Positions 31,175 to 41,242 of a stretch of DNA of 64,000 nt are shown piece by piece. The notes below the pieces were generated by a model, which saw only the letters and a program-made list of their open reading frames with translations, had not been told where the DNA came from and did not search any database. Position numbers and translations under genes: made by a program. Origin of the DNA: Nitrosopumilaceae archaeon (lineage in GTDB: Archaea > Thermoproteota > Nitrososphaeria > Nitrososphaerales > Nitrosopumilaceae); NCBI GenBank assembly GCA_965207375.1, contig OZ242274.1:1184001-1248000 (forward strand), written 5' to 3'. How positions within the stretch are numbered: the stretch's first letter is position 1; each line of letters begins with the position of its first letter.

Positions 31175-33984
31175 TTTACCAATTTTTTGAGATATTTTCC
31201 AGTATAGCTGCCAGGCGAGATTGAGATTTGCTTTGGGGTACCACATGCAACTAGCTTGCCTCCCTCATCTCCTCCTTCTGGGCCCAAATCTATTATCCAG
31301 TCTGCGTTTTTTATGACATCCATGTTGTGCTCAATTACTAGTACTGTATTGCCCAAGTTACAAAGTCGGTTAAGCACATCTAGTAACTTTTGCACATCTG
31401 CAAAATGAAGCCCGGTTGTGGGCTCGTCTAAAATGTAAAATGTTTTTCCGGTTCCTCTTTTTGATAGCTCAGATGCAAGTTTTACGCGTTGGGCCTCTCC
31501 TCCAGACAATGTAGTTGAGGACTGTCCAAGCTTGATATATCCCAAGCCCACATCATGTACTGTTTGTAGTTTTCGTTGTATCGCAGGAACATTTTCAAAA
31601 AACTGCAATGCCTCAAAAACAGTCATCTCCAAAATATCTGCAATATTTTTGCCTTTGTATAACACCGATAGTGTTTCAGTATTGTATCGCTTGCCCTTGC
31701 ATTCATCACACTTTACAAAAACATCTGATAAAAACTGCATTTCAATCTGTTTGACCCCGTCACCCTCACATGCAAAACACCTACCATCTGCAACATTAAA
31801 TGAAAACTGACCCGGTGCATAACCTCGCTCTTTGGATAGTTCTGTACTTGCATATAGTTCTCGTATTGGGGTAAAGGCACCAATATAGGTTGCAGGATTT
31901 GATCTGGGTGTTCTTCCAATGGGGGACTGGTCTATGGCAATTACCTTGTCTATATCTTTGAGTCCTAAAATTTTATCGTGCTTTCCAGGTTTTGTGTTGG
32001 TTTTGTAAAAGTTTTCATTTAGAGCTTTTAACAGTATGTCATTTACAAGAGTGGATTTGCCAGAACCTGAAACTCCTGTAACTGCAACAAACAGTCCGAG
32101 GGGAAACTCGACATTTATGTTTTTTAAATTATTTTGAGCTGCCCCCTTGACTGTAATGAACCCTTGCTTGTTTCTTGTTTTGTTTTCTAGCCGTATCAGA
32201 GAACTGTCTTTGAGATATTTGCCAGTAACTGAAGAGTTCCCTGTTAAGATGTTTTTTATCGTACCTTCAAAGACTATGCTGCCCCCGTGTATGCCTGCAC
32301 CGCGGCCCAAATCTATTATCCAGTCCGAATTTCGTATTATTTCCTCGTCATGCTCTACAACAATTACGGTATTTCCTAGATTTCGCAGCTTGTTTAGTGT
32401 CTTTATCAATCTTGCATTGTCGCGTTGATGCAGTCCAATTGTTGGCTCGTCTAAAACATATAACACTCCTGTGAGATTAGAACCAATCTGAGTTGCTAGC
32501 CTGATTCTCTGAGATTCGCCTCCAGACAGTGTGGCACTTGCTCGATTAAGTGTCAGATAATTTAGCCCAACATTTTTTAAAAATTCTAGTCTTTCTTTGA
32601 TCTCTTTGAGAACGTCTCGTGCTATGTATTGTTCTGTTTCATTTAATTTCAAGGTAGAAAAAAAATCATAACAGTCATCAATTGATAGATCACATGACTC
32701 CATAATGTTTTTGTCGTTGATTTTGACTGCTAGAGCCTCTGGCCTAAGCTTTTTACCATCGCACTCCTTGCAGGGCGTATCACTCATGAACTGTTTTAGC
32801 CATTCGCGTTTTGATTCAGATTCTGTTTCTAAAAACTTTCTTTGCAGATTTTCAAGCACACCTTCAAACGCATCTGTGTACTGCCAAGCAGAATCTCCAG
32901 ACTTTGATTTGTAATTAAAATCAATCAAGGTTTCTGTTCCGTACAGTATGATATTTTGATTCTTTTTGCTTAGTTTGTTTATCGGCGTCAGCAAATCAAA
33001 TCCAAACGTCTTGCCTACTGCTCGCAGTGACTGCCGCTTAAACGAGGAAAACCGTCCACTCCATGGGACAATGGCCCCATCAAGAATTGTTTTTGTCTTG
33101 TCTGGAATGACTAGGTCTGCATCAAACTCTAATTTTATTCCCAAGCCGTTGCATGCCTTGCACATTCCAAACGGCGAGTTAAATGAAAAGGTCCTAGGCT
33201 CTAGCTCTCCTATGCTTATTCCGCAGTGAGGACATGCATTATTTTGGGAAAAGACTCTGTCATTTTTTTCAGCAGATATCATTACATCCCCTTTTGCAGC
33301 CTTGAGTGCAGTCTGGATTGCTTCAAACAGACGTGAGCGTTGTGATTTTTGTACACCTAATCTGTCAACTATAATCTCAATGTTGTGCCATTTTTGCTTG
33401 TCAAGGGCTACAATGTCTTCTAGTAGAATAATTTCTCCGTCTAGTCTGATCCTAGAATAGCCGTCCTTTTTTATCTGCTCAAACAGCTTTTCATAGGTTC
33501 CTTTTTTGTGTTGTATTACTGGTGCCAAAACTAGAATTTTTGCACCAGAAAATTCCTTGAGTATCGTGTCGCAAATTGTATCTATTGACTGACTGGAAAT
33601 TTTTCTGCCACAATTGGCACAATGTGGAATTCCAATCCTTGCATAAAGCAACCTGAGATAATCGTAAATCTCTGTGGTGGTGCCTACTGTGGAGCGGGGA
33701 TTCTTGCTGGTAGTTTTTTGCTGAATTGAGATGGCAGGGGAGAGGCCCTCGATGGAATCAACATCTGGCTTGTCCATCATTTCTAAAAACTGTCTAGCAT
33801 AGGCAGACAGTGATTCTACATAGCGCCTTTGTCCTTCGGCATATATTGTATCAAAGGCTAGTGTTGATTTTCCAGAACCTGACAGTCCACTAATTACAAC
33901 GAGCTGATTTTTTGGAATGTTTACGTCTATGTTTTTTAAATTATGATGCCTTGCCCCGCGAATTTTTAGCTGTTCATTTTTCAT
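31171..33984 (-). CDS. uvrA: Excinuclease ABC subunit A
   Basis: Two ABC ATPase modules (GLSGSGKS, GVSGSGKS, LSGGE) and zinc fingers. Confidence 0.98.
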   Translation of the reverse strand: MKNEQLKIRGARHHNLKNIDVNIPKNQLVVISGLSGSGKSTLAFDTIYAEGQRRYVESLSAYARQFLEMMDKPDVDSIEGLSPAISIQQKTTSKNPRSTVGTTTEIYDYLRLLYARIGIPHCANCGRKISSQSIDTICDTILKEFSGAKILVLAPVIQHKKGTYEKLFEQIKKDGYSRIRLDGEIILLEDIVALDKQKWHNIEIIVDRLGVQKSQRSRLFEAIQTALKAAKGDVMISAEKNDRVFSQNNACPHCGISIGELEPRTFSFNSPFGMCKACNGLGIKLEFDADLVIPDKTKTILDGAIVPWSGRFSSFKRQSLRAVGKTFGFDLLTPINKLSKKNQNIILYGTETLIDFNYKSKSGDSAWQYTDAFEGVLENLQRKFLETESESKREWLKQFMSDTPCKECDGKKLRPEALAVKINDKNIMESCDLSIDDCYDFFSTLKLNETEQYIARDVLKEIKERLEFLKNVGLNYLTLNRASATLSGGESQRIRLATQIGSNLTGVLYVLDEPTIGLHQRDNARLIKTLNKLRNLGNTVIVVEHDEEIIRNSDWIIDLGRGAGIHGGSIVFEGTIKNILTGNSSVTGKYLKDSSLIRLENKTRNKQGFITVKGAAQNNLKNINVEFPLGLFVAVTGVSGSGKSTLVNDILLKALNENFYKTNTKPGKHDKILGLKDIDKVIAIDQSPIGRTPRSNPATYIGAFTPIRELYASTELSKERGYAPGQFSFNVADGRCFACEGDGVKQIEMQFLSDVFVKCDECKGKRYNTETLSVLYKGKNIADILEMTVFEALQFFENVPAIQRKLQTVHDVGLGYIKLGQSSTTLSGGEAQRVKLASELSKRGTGKTFYILDEPTTGLHFADVQKLLDVLNRLCNLGNTVLVIEHNMDVIKNADWIIDLGPEGGDEGGKLVACGTPKQISISPGSYTGKYLKKLVK

Positions 33985-35920
33985 CTTTTGACTCTATCTC
34001 CTTTTTAATTCTGCTTATTTTATCTCTGCATTGGATGGCTTTTTCAAAATCTAAATCTTCTGCATATTTTTTCATCAACGCATCTAACTCTATTATAGCA
34101 GTATTCAAATCGTGATGAGATTTGTGTTTTATGTCATCTAGTGTGGCAACCTGTTTTGGAATTGATTTGATGATGGTTTTTGGAATTATGTTGTGTCTAT
34201 CGTTGTATATGTTCTGCTTTTTTCTGCGTCTGTCAGTCTCCTCTATGGCAGACTTCATAGAGCCTGTAACTGTATCTGCATACATGATTACTGCACCGTT
34301 TGCATTTCTTGCGGCACGCCCAAAACTTTGAATCAAACTAGTATTGTTTCTCAAAAACCCCTCCTTGTCTGCATCAAGTATTGCAACAAGGGACACTTCT
34401 GGAATGTCTAGGCCCTCTCTTAACAGGTTGATTCCGACTAGGACATCAAACTCACCTAGGCGAAGCTGTCGTATCAACTCTGTCCTCTGTAGTCCCTCAA
34501 TCTCTGAATGCATGTATCTGACACGCACCTGTTTTTTTGCAAGATATTCTGCCAGGTCTTCGGCCATTCTTTTTGTCAGGGTAGTTACCAAGACCCGTTC
34601 ATCTTTTGTGACTCTTTTTTTAATCTCTTTAATCAAATCATCCATCTGGTTTTTTGTCTGCCTGATCTCAACTGTAGGATCAACTAATCCGGTAGGTCTG
34701 ATCAGCTGCTCTACGATATTTTTTGATAATTGCTTTTCATATTGACCAGGGGTGGCAGATGTAAAAATTGTATTTTGTATGTACTTTTCAAATTCCTCGT
34801 ATTTTAAGGGCCTGTTATCGTGCGCACTAGGTAGTCTAAAGCCATAATCGACTAGGTGTTTTTTTCTAGAAAAATCTCCCTTGTACATGCCGTGCAGTTG
34901 GGGCAGTGTAACATGAGACTCGTCAATGACTAGCAGATAGTCATTACCAAAAAAATCAATCAAACAAAATGCTTTTTCTCCGGGCCGTCGTCCATCAAAA
35001 TGTCTAGAATAGTTTTCAATTCCTGAACAGTATCCTAACTCTTCTATCATCTCAATGTCATATTTGGTTCTCATCTCTAGTCTCTGCCTTTCCAACTCGT
35101 TTAGCTGAGGCAGTCTTTGTGCAAGTTCTGCTTTTATTGATTTTAGGGCACGCTTGCGCACATCTTTGGCAATAAGATAGTGCTTTGCAGGAAAAATTCT
35201 AATCTGGGAGAGATTCTGCTTTTCCTTCAATGATACATGATCAAGAATGGATATCTTTTCAATGTCCTCATCAAACATGGAGATTCGAATCAAATCTTCT
35301 GAATAGGCAGGAACAATATCTATTGTGTCGCCTTTGACTCTAAAGTTTCCTGGTGCAATTTCTATATCATTTCTTTGATATCTTGCATTGATGAATTTTT
35401 TAATAATGTCATTTCGTTTGATTTTGTCATTTACTTTTACTGTAATTGCCATATCTTTCCAATCTACAGGATTACCAAGTGAGTAAATACAAGATACGGT
35501 AGCTACAACAATTGTAGGCTCGCCAGATAAAAGCATTGCAGTAGCCTCTAGCCGCATCTTTTCAATTTTTTCGTTAATCTGAGTGTCTTTTTCTATGTAT
35601 GTGTCAGTTTGCGGCAAGTAACTTTCTGGCTGATAATAGTCATAGTATGATACAAAATAACCTACATTGTTGTGTGGAAAAAACTGTTTTAACTCTGCGT
35701 ATAGTTGTGCTGCTAGTGTCTTGTTGTGAGATATTACTAGGGTGTTTTTTTTGGTTTGTGCAATGACGTTTGCTATAGAAAATGTTTTTCCACTTCCTGT
35801 AACTCCAAGTAGCGTTTGCACGTTTCTTTTTTTTACGCCGCGTATGAGTGAGTCAATAGCCTGAGGCTGATCTCCGGTGGGAGAAAAATCAGAAATCAAT
35901 TGAAATTTTGATTCAGGCAT
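33974..35920 (-). CDS. uvrB: Excinuclease ABC subunit B
   Basis: PTGDQPQAI, GVTGSGKT, YYDYYQPE, GINLLREGLD. Confidence 0.98.
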   Translation of the reverse strand: MPESKFQLISDFSPTGDQPQAIDSLIRGVKKRNVQTLLGVTGSGKTFSIANVIAQTKKNTLVISHNKTLAAQLYAELKQFFPHNNVGYFVSYYDYYQPESYLPQTDTYIEKDTQINEKIEKMRLEATAMLLSGEPTIVVATVSCIYSLGNPVDWKDMAITVKVNDKIKRNDIIKKFINARYQRNDIEIAPGNFRVKGDTIDIVPAYSEDLIRISMFDEDIEKISILDHVSLKEKQNLSQIRIFPAKHYLIAKDVRKRALKSIKAELAQRLPQLNELERQRLEMRTKYDIEMIEELGYCSGIENYSRHFDGRRPGEKAFCLIDFFGNDYLLVIDESHVTLPQLHGMYKGDFSRKKHLVDYGFRLPSAHDNRPLKYEEFEKYIQNTIFTSATPGQYEKQLSKNIVEQLIRPTGLVDPTVEIRQTKNQMDDLIKEIKKRVTKDERVLVTTLTKRMAEDLAEYLAKKQVRVRYMHSEIEGLQRTELIRQLRLGEFDVLVGINLLREGLDIPEVSLVAILDADKEGFLRNNTSLIQSFGRAARNANGAVIMYADTVTGSMKSAIEETDRRRKKQNIYNDRHNIIPKTIIKSIPKQVATLDDIKHKSHHDLNTAIIELDALMKKYAEDLDFEKAIQCRDKISRIKKEIESKDEK

Positions 35921-36009
35921 AGTTTAAATTAAAAAAATTCAGCCCTTTTATTTCATTCTTAAGTTTGCAAATTTTTTCAGTTCTATTTTTTAGAAATAAG
36001 TTACCTGTC

Positions 36010-36105
36010 GTTAATTGATGAATTTTATAAAGTGCCATACTTGAATCAAATATAAAAATCATCGATTTGGAACTTTATGCACACGACTTAAAGTCAAAGT
36101 GTCAG
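36010..36105. mobile_element. Degenerate copy of the IS66-derived MITE-like repeat
   Basis: ttttataaagtgccatacttgaatcaaatataaaaatcat is nearly identical to 11117-11156. Confidence 0.65.
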
Positions 36106-36243
36106 CTTTCAATACTTTTTTAAAATTATTATACATGGTCTATATTGTCTAAACGACATATGTGTGATCTACAATCAAGTACTGAAATGTGGAAAAAAAT
36201 TATCTATTATTAACTAGGTTTGTTGTATAATTGGAGCAAATGA

Positions 36244-36481
36244 TCATGTGTCAAATACAATTCTAAATGCGTTCTCAAATTCTTCCATGCTCAAATTAAT
36301 CTTTTTTAATATTTCTTCAACATATGCATCACTCATATTGTTACTTTTCGAAAGCGTTACACATTGAATTACCCGTAGAGATAGTTAGGATATTATCAAT
36401 TCCCCATCTAATTTCAAAATGAAAATACTCTTTCATTATTGTTTGAAATTGATACCAATTATAATGTTTAGAATATGTCAT
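36244..36481 (-). pseudogene. Frameshifted HicA-like toxin
   Basis: ATG overlaps the upstream stop. After a 1-nt frame change it ends SNNMSDAYVEEILKKINLSMEEFENAF, resembling HicA C-termini. Confidence 0.55.
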
Positions 36482-36687
36482 GCTGGAATCTCTATGGATA
36501 AAAGTTTCTTGACCGCTGTTGGATTGTGAATAAGACATGTCGTAACAGCCTTGACGATATCCTTTTGCATTTGCTCTTCTGTAGGGGATTCTACTACAAT
36601 GGGTAACTCTTCGACGATTCCTATAATTCCTTGTCCGCTGTCTTTTATAGTTACATATATGCTACCATTAATTGTAAATTCTGTCAT
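36478..36687 (-). CDS. HicB-like antitoxin (short form)
   Basis: IYVTIK....IIGIVEELPIVVESPTEEQMQKDIVKAV resembles the HicB partial RNase H fold. Confidence 0.6.
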   Translation of the reverse strand: MTEFTINGSIYVTIKDSGQGIIGIVEELPIVVESPTEEQMQKDIVKAVTTCLIHNPTAVKKLLSIEIPA

Positions 36688-36849
36688 AGTACATTATTAC
36701 TAAAGTAATTTATTTAGTTTGTGTTCTACGGTTCGTAATCTTATGTGTCCTGATCAAGGAAATTAGATGATGGCACTAGTCCAAGTTCTACAAGATCCCA
36801 CTCAAGAAACAATGCAAACAAACACAAAACCGTAAAATTGAGAATATCT

Positions 36850-36946
36850 GTGGAACCTTGTTTTGTAGGTCTAGATGTTTCACAAAAATGCCATTCAAAC
36901 ATCTATCCTGGATGTAGACGGCAATGAACTAAGACATGATTCGTAA
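36850..36946 (+). pseudogene. IS110-family transposase N-terminal remnant
   Basis: With one frameshift it reads FVGLDV/HKNAIQTSILDVDGNEL, the DEDD first-aspartate motif. Confidence 0.65.
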
Positions 36947-37187
36947 TTAGATCTGGACACAGATTTTTGCTCTTGTTAGGCGTGGTTTTCTAATCTCGAA
37001 TCACCTATAACATGTTGTTTTGAAATTATGACGATTCTTGACACAAATTTTTGTCATTATCAAAAACAGATAAAAATTCAGGAGTGATGATAATCTTCAA
37101 AATTTCTACTAGTCAATAAAATAGGACCGTATCCAATCCTTAAATGTCGATAAAATCCTTAAAATAGGATTATTAGATGCTAAAACC

Positions 37188-37799
37188 ATGACACAACATG
37201 TATCATTTCGTTCAACTGTGGCATATCCACAACTATACTACATGTTAGAGCACGGAGATTTTAAACAACGACAGATGGCACGAGACTTGGACATACCGCA
37301 CGGTTTACGAGTCAGTGGATTTGTAAACTGGTTGATATCTCTAAAATTTGTTGAAAAGGTACGAAATAGAAAACACGGATTAAACGTCTATAGGGTAGTT
37401 TCCCCGTTATCGTTAATCAAATTTTATAGCAACTTTCGAAAAATGGAAAAATACAAAATAACTAGGGACTGGGGAGTTGATAGAAACAAAGTCATCAAAT
37501 ATCTTAAAGATCAGGGCGTAGTTTTTTGCCTGACTACTGCACTAGAGCATTACACTGACTATGTCCGTGATCCTATGATTAATGTTTATGTAAAACAAGA
37601 TTTTTGGAACGAGATGCAAAAAAAGGAAACATCAGGAACAGTACGTGTCAACATGTATCCGTTTGATTCCTTTTGTCAGGACAACAGTATTGAAAAGGAT
37701 GGTTTGAGGATCACTACAAAGCTTAGAACTTTGATAGACCTATACTGTGATGACAAAGCATACACTGTAGAGCCTTTAATAAAGCAATTATGGCCATAG
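37188..37799 (+). CDS. wHTH + AbiEi-like antitoxin (type IV TA-like)
   Basis: N-terminal HTH (FKQRQMARDL); C-terminal TAL..Y....INVYV...DGLRITT..RTLIDL. Overlaps the downstream NTase gene. Confidence 0.65.
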   Translation: MTQHVSFRSTVAYPQLYYMLEHGDFKQRQMARDLDIPHGLRVSGFVNWLISLKFVEKVRNRKHGLNVYRVVSPLSLIKFYSNFRKMEKYKITRDWGVDRNKVIKYLKDQGVVFCLTTALEHYTDYVRDPMINVYVKQDFWNEMQKKETSGTVRVNMYPFDSFCQDNSIEKDGLRITTKLRTLIDLYCDDKAYTVEPLIKQLWP

Positions 37800-38539
37800 A
37801 GGGAGACAGGTATGTGCCTGAGCTGACAAGCAAGAGTAAGGCGGAGTTGCAAAGATTTGCAAAATGGTTTAACATCAATCAGGGTGGTAGTTGGCCTACG
37901 GTAATAGGAGGATGGGCGGTGTGGTCATATAACGACCAAGGATTTGGATCACGTGATATTGATTTGATTCTTCCCTCAGACAAGTGGATTGAAGATATGA
38001 TGATTAAAACATATTTTCCTGCAAGTGGTTTTCAACAATATAAAATAGGTGACCCAGTTTTTGGCGAACCACATTATGGCAAACAGGTAGATGATGACAT
38101 TATCTTTTTTGATTTGATTTCGGCAGAAACTTGTAGGAATGACTCTGTCAATATGGGTGTAACTGTGGATTGGAACTGGGTTTATGATGATCAGCAGGTA
38201 CGATCCATTGGATGTGATGCATCAATCAATGTACCTTCATTGGAGATGCTCATAACATTGAAGATAATTGGTTGCATATCAAGACGCAGGAATATGATAA
38301 GAGCTGATGATGTGTCATACTTTATGTCTAAAATTTGGAAGGACTGTTATGATATTGCAAACTTGACAAACCATTTGTTTCCGGATGGTAAAAAACTGCG
38401 GTATCATTTTGCAAGAACCGGCCTAAATAAGACGTTGATTCAAGAATTTTTGGAAATTTGTGATGGACAAAAAAGTGCACTAGAGGCGGGCAACTCAAAA
38501 GCAGAGCCATTAGAGGATTTACTTGATTTGTTAAAGTGA
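37790..38539 (+). CDS. Pol-beta nucleotidyltransferase, AbiEii-like toxin
   Basis: VIGGWAV, GSRDIDL, LITLK and KDCYDI motifs. Confidence 0.75.
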   Translation: MAIEGDRYVPELTSKSKAELQRFAKWFNINQGGSWPTVIGGWAVWSYNDQGFGSRDIDLILPSDKWIEDMMIKTYFPASGFQQYKIGDPVFGEPHYGKQVDDDIIFFDLISAETCRNDSVNMGVTVDWNWVYDDQQVRSIGCDASINVPSLEMLITLKIIGCISRRRNMIRADDVSYFMSKIWKDCYDIANLTNHLFPDGKKLRYHFARTGLNKTLIQEFLEICDGQKSALEAGNSKAEPLEDLLDLLK

Positions 38540-39040
38540 TAATTAGACAAATTAGGGCATTGCAGGCATAAATTTGAACTTTACAATTTGTGGATGATGC
38601 AATTGCTAATTTACTAGTGTCAAGACAATGCTCTGGATTTTTGTCTCTTTTATGATGTATCAAATTCGTGCCTAAAGTCATCATTATTTTTACAATGTTA
38701 ACACTAATTTTGACAATGTTTTACAACTTTTTGTAAAACCACAGGTTAGTCATTAAACACATGTCAAATTATTAAACACAATTTCAAACTTACTATATTA
38801 TTCTATATTGATTTTCCCCCTTGATCCTGTTTTTATAGATTTTGCAAATGCTGATGACTTTGCACTTTTTGATTTGAACATGTATGTATTTGTTCGTTAA
38901 TTTACACAAATCACTATAACTTGCATATTTTGTAATATTTGTAAAATACCAAAACATGTAGATTGTGCAATTCAATTTAGAGGTCAAGCACTTTGTAAAT
39001 TTGACTCGTTATGAATCATTTAAATTTTAAACAATACTGT

Positions 39041-39676
39041 TTACCATACTGGCTCATCTATCATCTTGAGGCCTTGAGGGGTTATCTCAAAGCCCATGAT
39101 ATGAAGTGTCTCCTTTGCAGTAGGTGTATTTCGGTTTTTGATTTTTTGTGCAAGATCCATGCGTTCGTTTTGCCTCATATGTTGGCCGATTTTGTATTTT
39201 CCATGAATGCTTTGTGCAAGTATCTTGATTACTGCTACGTGATTTAAAACATCCATTTTGTGATGTAATGGTTCATATCTTCCTTCGGGCTGATATTTTT
39301 GCATAAGTGCATTTAGTGCAAGAGCCTTTTCTTGAGGATCCTGCACTAGTATCGATCTTCCTTTGATTACAACACTGATGTAAAGTGTGTCAGCTAAAGA
39401 TGCATCGGTGGGGCTAGAAAAGTAAGATGGCAAAAATTCAAGCTCCCTATCCACCTCAAAACCTGATTTTGGATTTACCTTCATGTTTTCTAGTTTCTCA
39501 CCCCTTGTATGGGAGTGCATGTAAATTGCATTGTTAAAAAAGACAAAATTCATTGGAATGATCTGAGGATAACCGTTTGAATCAATGGTTGCAATTCTTC
39601 CAACATGTTCATGGTTTAAAAATTCGATGATTTTTTTGCTGGATTGGATTTGTAGGCGCCCTACTAGCTGCATCAA
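39041..39676 (-). CDS. Pyridoxamine 5'-phosphate oxidase-like / NimA flavin-binding protein
   Basis: VGRIAT..GYPQIIPMNF..IYMHS..GEK..NP..FEVD..YISVVIKG. Confidence 0.88.
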   Translation of the reverse strand: MMQLVGRLQIQSSKKIIEFLNHEHVGRIATIDSNGYPQIIPMNFVFFNNAIYMHSHTRGEKLENMKVNPKSGFEVDRELEFLPSYFSSPTDASLADTLYISVVIKGRSILVQDPQEKALALNALMQKYQPEGRYEPLHHKMDVLNHVAVIKILAQSIHGKYKIGQHMRQNERMDLAQKIKNRNTPTAKETLHIMGFEITPQGLKMIDEPVW

Positions 39677-39703
39677 GTAAAGGTGGCAATCATGGTATAA
39701 AAA

Positions 39704-39937
39704 TCAAGAATCCGATTCAGACTGCCGTCTCAAAAAGTCACGCTCTGCCTTTTTGATTTTAGCATTTTTTGCAACATCTTCACCCATATCCATTAACTCA
39801 TACAGGCCGACATCTGCTACTAGTTCATCTTCGCCTTCTTCATCTAAATCATACTCGACATCAGTTAAAATCTCGATATTTTCATCTAGCATGTCTAGGC
39901 ATTTTGTAAGGTCTTCTTTGAAATCCTCAGAGTCCAT
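39704..39937 (-). CDS. Acidic hypothetical protein
   Basis: Short ORF co-oriented between two genes. Confidence 0.55.
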   Translation of the reverse strand: MDSEDFKEDLTKCLDMLDENIEILTDVEYDLDEEGEDELVADVGLYELMDMGEDVAKNAKIKKAERDFLRRQSESDS

Positions 39938-39968
39938 TATTGTTATCTTGTGTAATTTGTTTTTCAAA

Positions 39969-41066
39969 TTAGAGGTTCATTTCTTTTGCTTTTTGACGCA
40001 AATGTGGCATTACATGTGTAGCAAATTTGTCAATAGAACCAAAATAGTTTTTGCCCCAGAACCTGATTACAAAGTGGTTTACTCCTGCCTTCATGAATCG
40101 CTCAAATGTTGGGATCATATCATCAGGCGTACCTACTGCTGTAGATGATCTTGCAATGGATTCTGGAATCTTAGTGGCAGCCTCTCTCATCTTTACTATC
40201 CAATCCTGATTTGACATTGAATACTCTGTAAAGTATTTGACAAAATCAAAGCCCTCGATTTCTTTTAGCTGGTGAACTCGGAGAATCTCTGGTTTGAACA
40301 GGCTGACCTTTACTGCCTCTTTCATTCTAGCCCAAGACGCTTCTGCATCCTCAGAAAAATAGACATCAATATCTAATGCAAATTGGAATTTGTCCTTTTC
40401 TTCTTGTGTTCGTTGATACTTGTTCATAGAATCTTGGATCTGTTTTTTATGATCTTCAAATAATTCTGGAGTGTATCCAATTGGTAGCCAGCCTTCGCCA
40501 AGCTTTCCAGTCAATGCCAATGTTCTTTTGCCCCCTGATGCCATGTATGTGGGTGGATGGGGTTTTCTAATTGAAGGTGCCTGTAGGCATGCGCCTTTTA
40601 GTTTGTAGTACTTGCCCTCGTAATCTACTGTATTATCTGGCGTTGATTTGTACAGTGTTTTGATAAGCTCAATTTGTTCTGCCCACTTTGAAACGGGTTT
40701 CTCAAATGGTATGCAAAACTCTTTTAGATTCTGCGCCTCTCCTGCACCAATTCCTAAAATTGCTCTGCCCTTAGAAACTCTGTCTAGGGTAATTGCTGCA
40801 AGTGCAATGTTTGATGGATGGCGTCTGATGGCATCTGTAACACACGTTCCTAATTCCACGTTGTTTGTAACTGCTGCAATGGCAGATAGCATGACCCACG
40901 GGTCTAGCACTGTGGCATTTTTCCATTGTGGCACATTTGTATGATCCATATAGAAGATAGAATCATATCCTGTTTTGTCAGCTAACATGCAGGCAGTCAA
41001 TATCTGATCTTCTGTATATCCTGCTCTTGCAACATTGAGACCATTTTGAATTCCAAATTTTATCAT
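39969..41066 (-). CDS. LLM-class (luciferase-like, probably F420-dependent) oxidoreductase
   Basis: GYDSIFYMDH, LDPWVMLSAIAAVT, TLDRVSKGRAILGIGAG; start at MIKFGIQ. Confidence 0.92.
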   Translation of the reverse strand: MIKFGIQNGLNVARAGYTEDQILTACMLADKTGYDSIFYMDHTNVPQWKNATVLDPWVMLSAIAAVTNNVELGTCVTDAIRRHPSNIALAAITLDRVSKGRAILGIGAGEAQNLKEFCIPFEKPVSKWAEQIELIKTLYKSTPDNTVDYEGKYYKLKGACLQAPSIRKPHPPTYMASGGKRTLALTGKLGEGWLPIGYTPELFEDHKKQIQDSMNKYQRTQEEKDKFQFALDIDVYFSEDAEASWARMKEAVKVSLFKPEILRVHQLKEIEGFDFVKYFTEYSMSNQDWIVKMREAATKIPESIARSSTAVGTPDDMIPTFERFMKAGVNHFVIRFWGKNYFGSIDKFATHVMPHLRQKAKEMNL

Positions 41067-41242
41067 GATTGCCCTTACCTTTTGTTGATATGTACTGTGC
41101 ATAAATAAGTTTAATCTAGATTTTTGTGACTGTGGTTTTGTTTGTACTTGCATGATCCGAATATCGCAAAAAGTGCAATTATCTGAAAAAACACTATTCA
41201 TCTGTATTGCTGCATTTGCAAAAAACAAAAAGGGAAAAAGGA

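Noticed and set aside
38680-38790. Short AT-rich direct repeats (attaaacaca, acaatgtt)
   Set aside because: Low complexity, two copies each, irregular spacing; no support for an origin or array.
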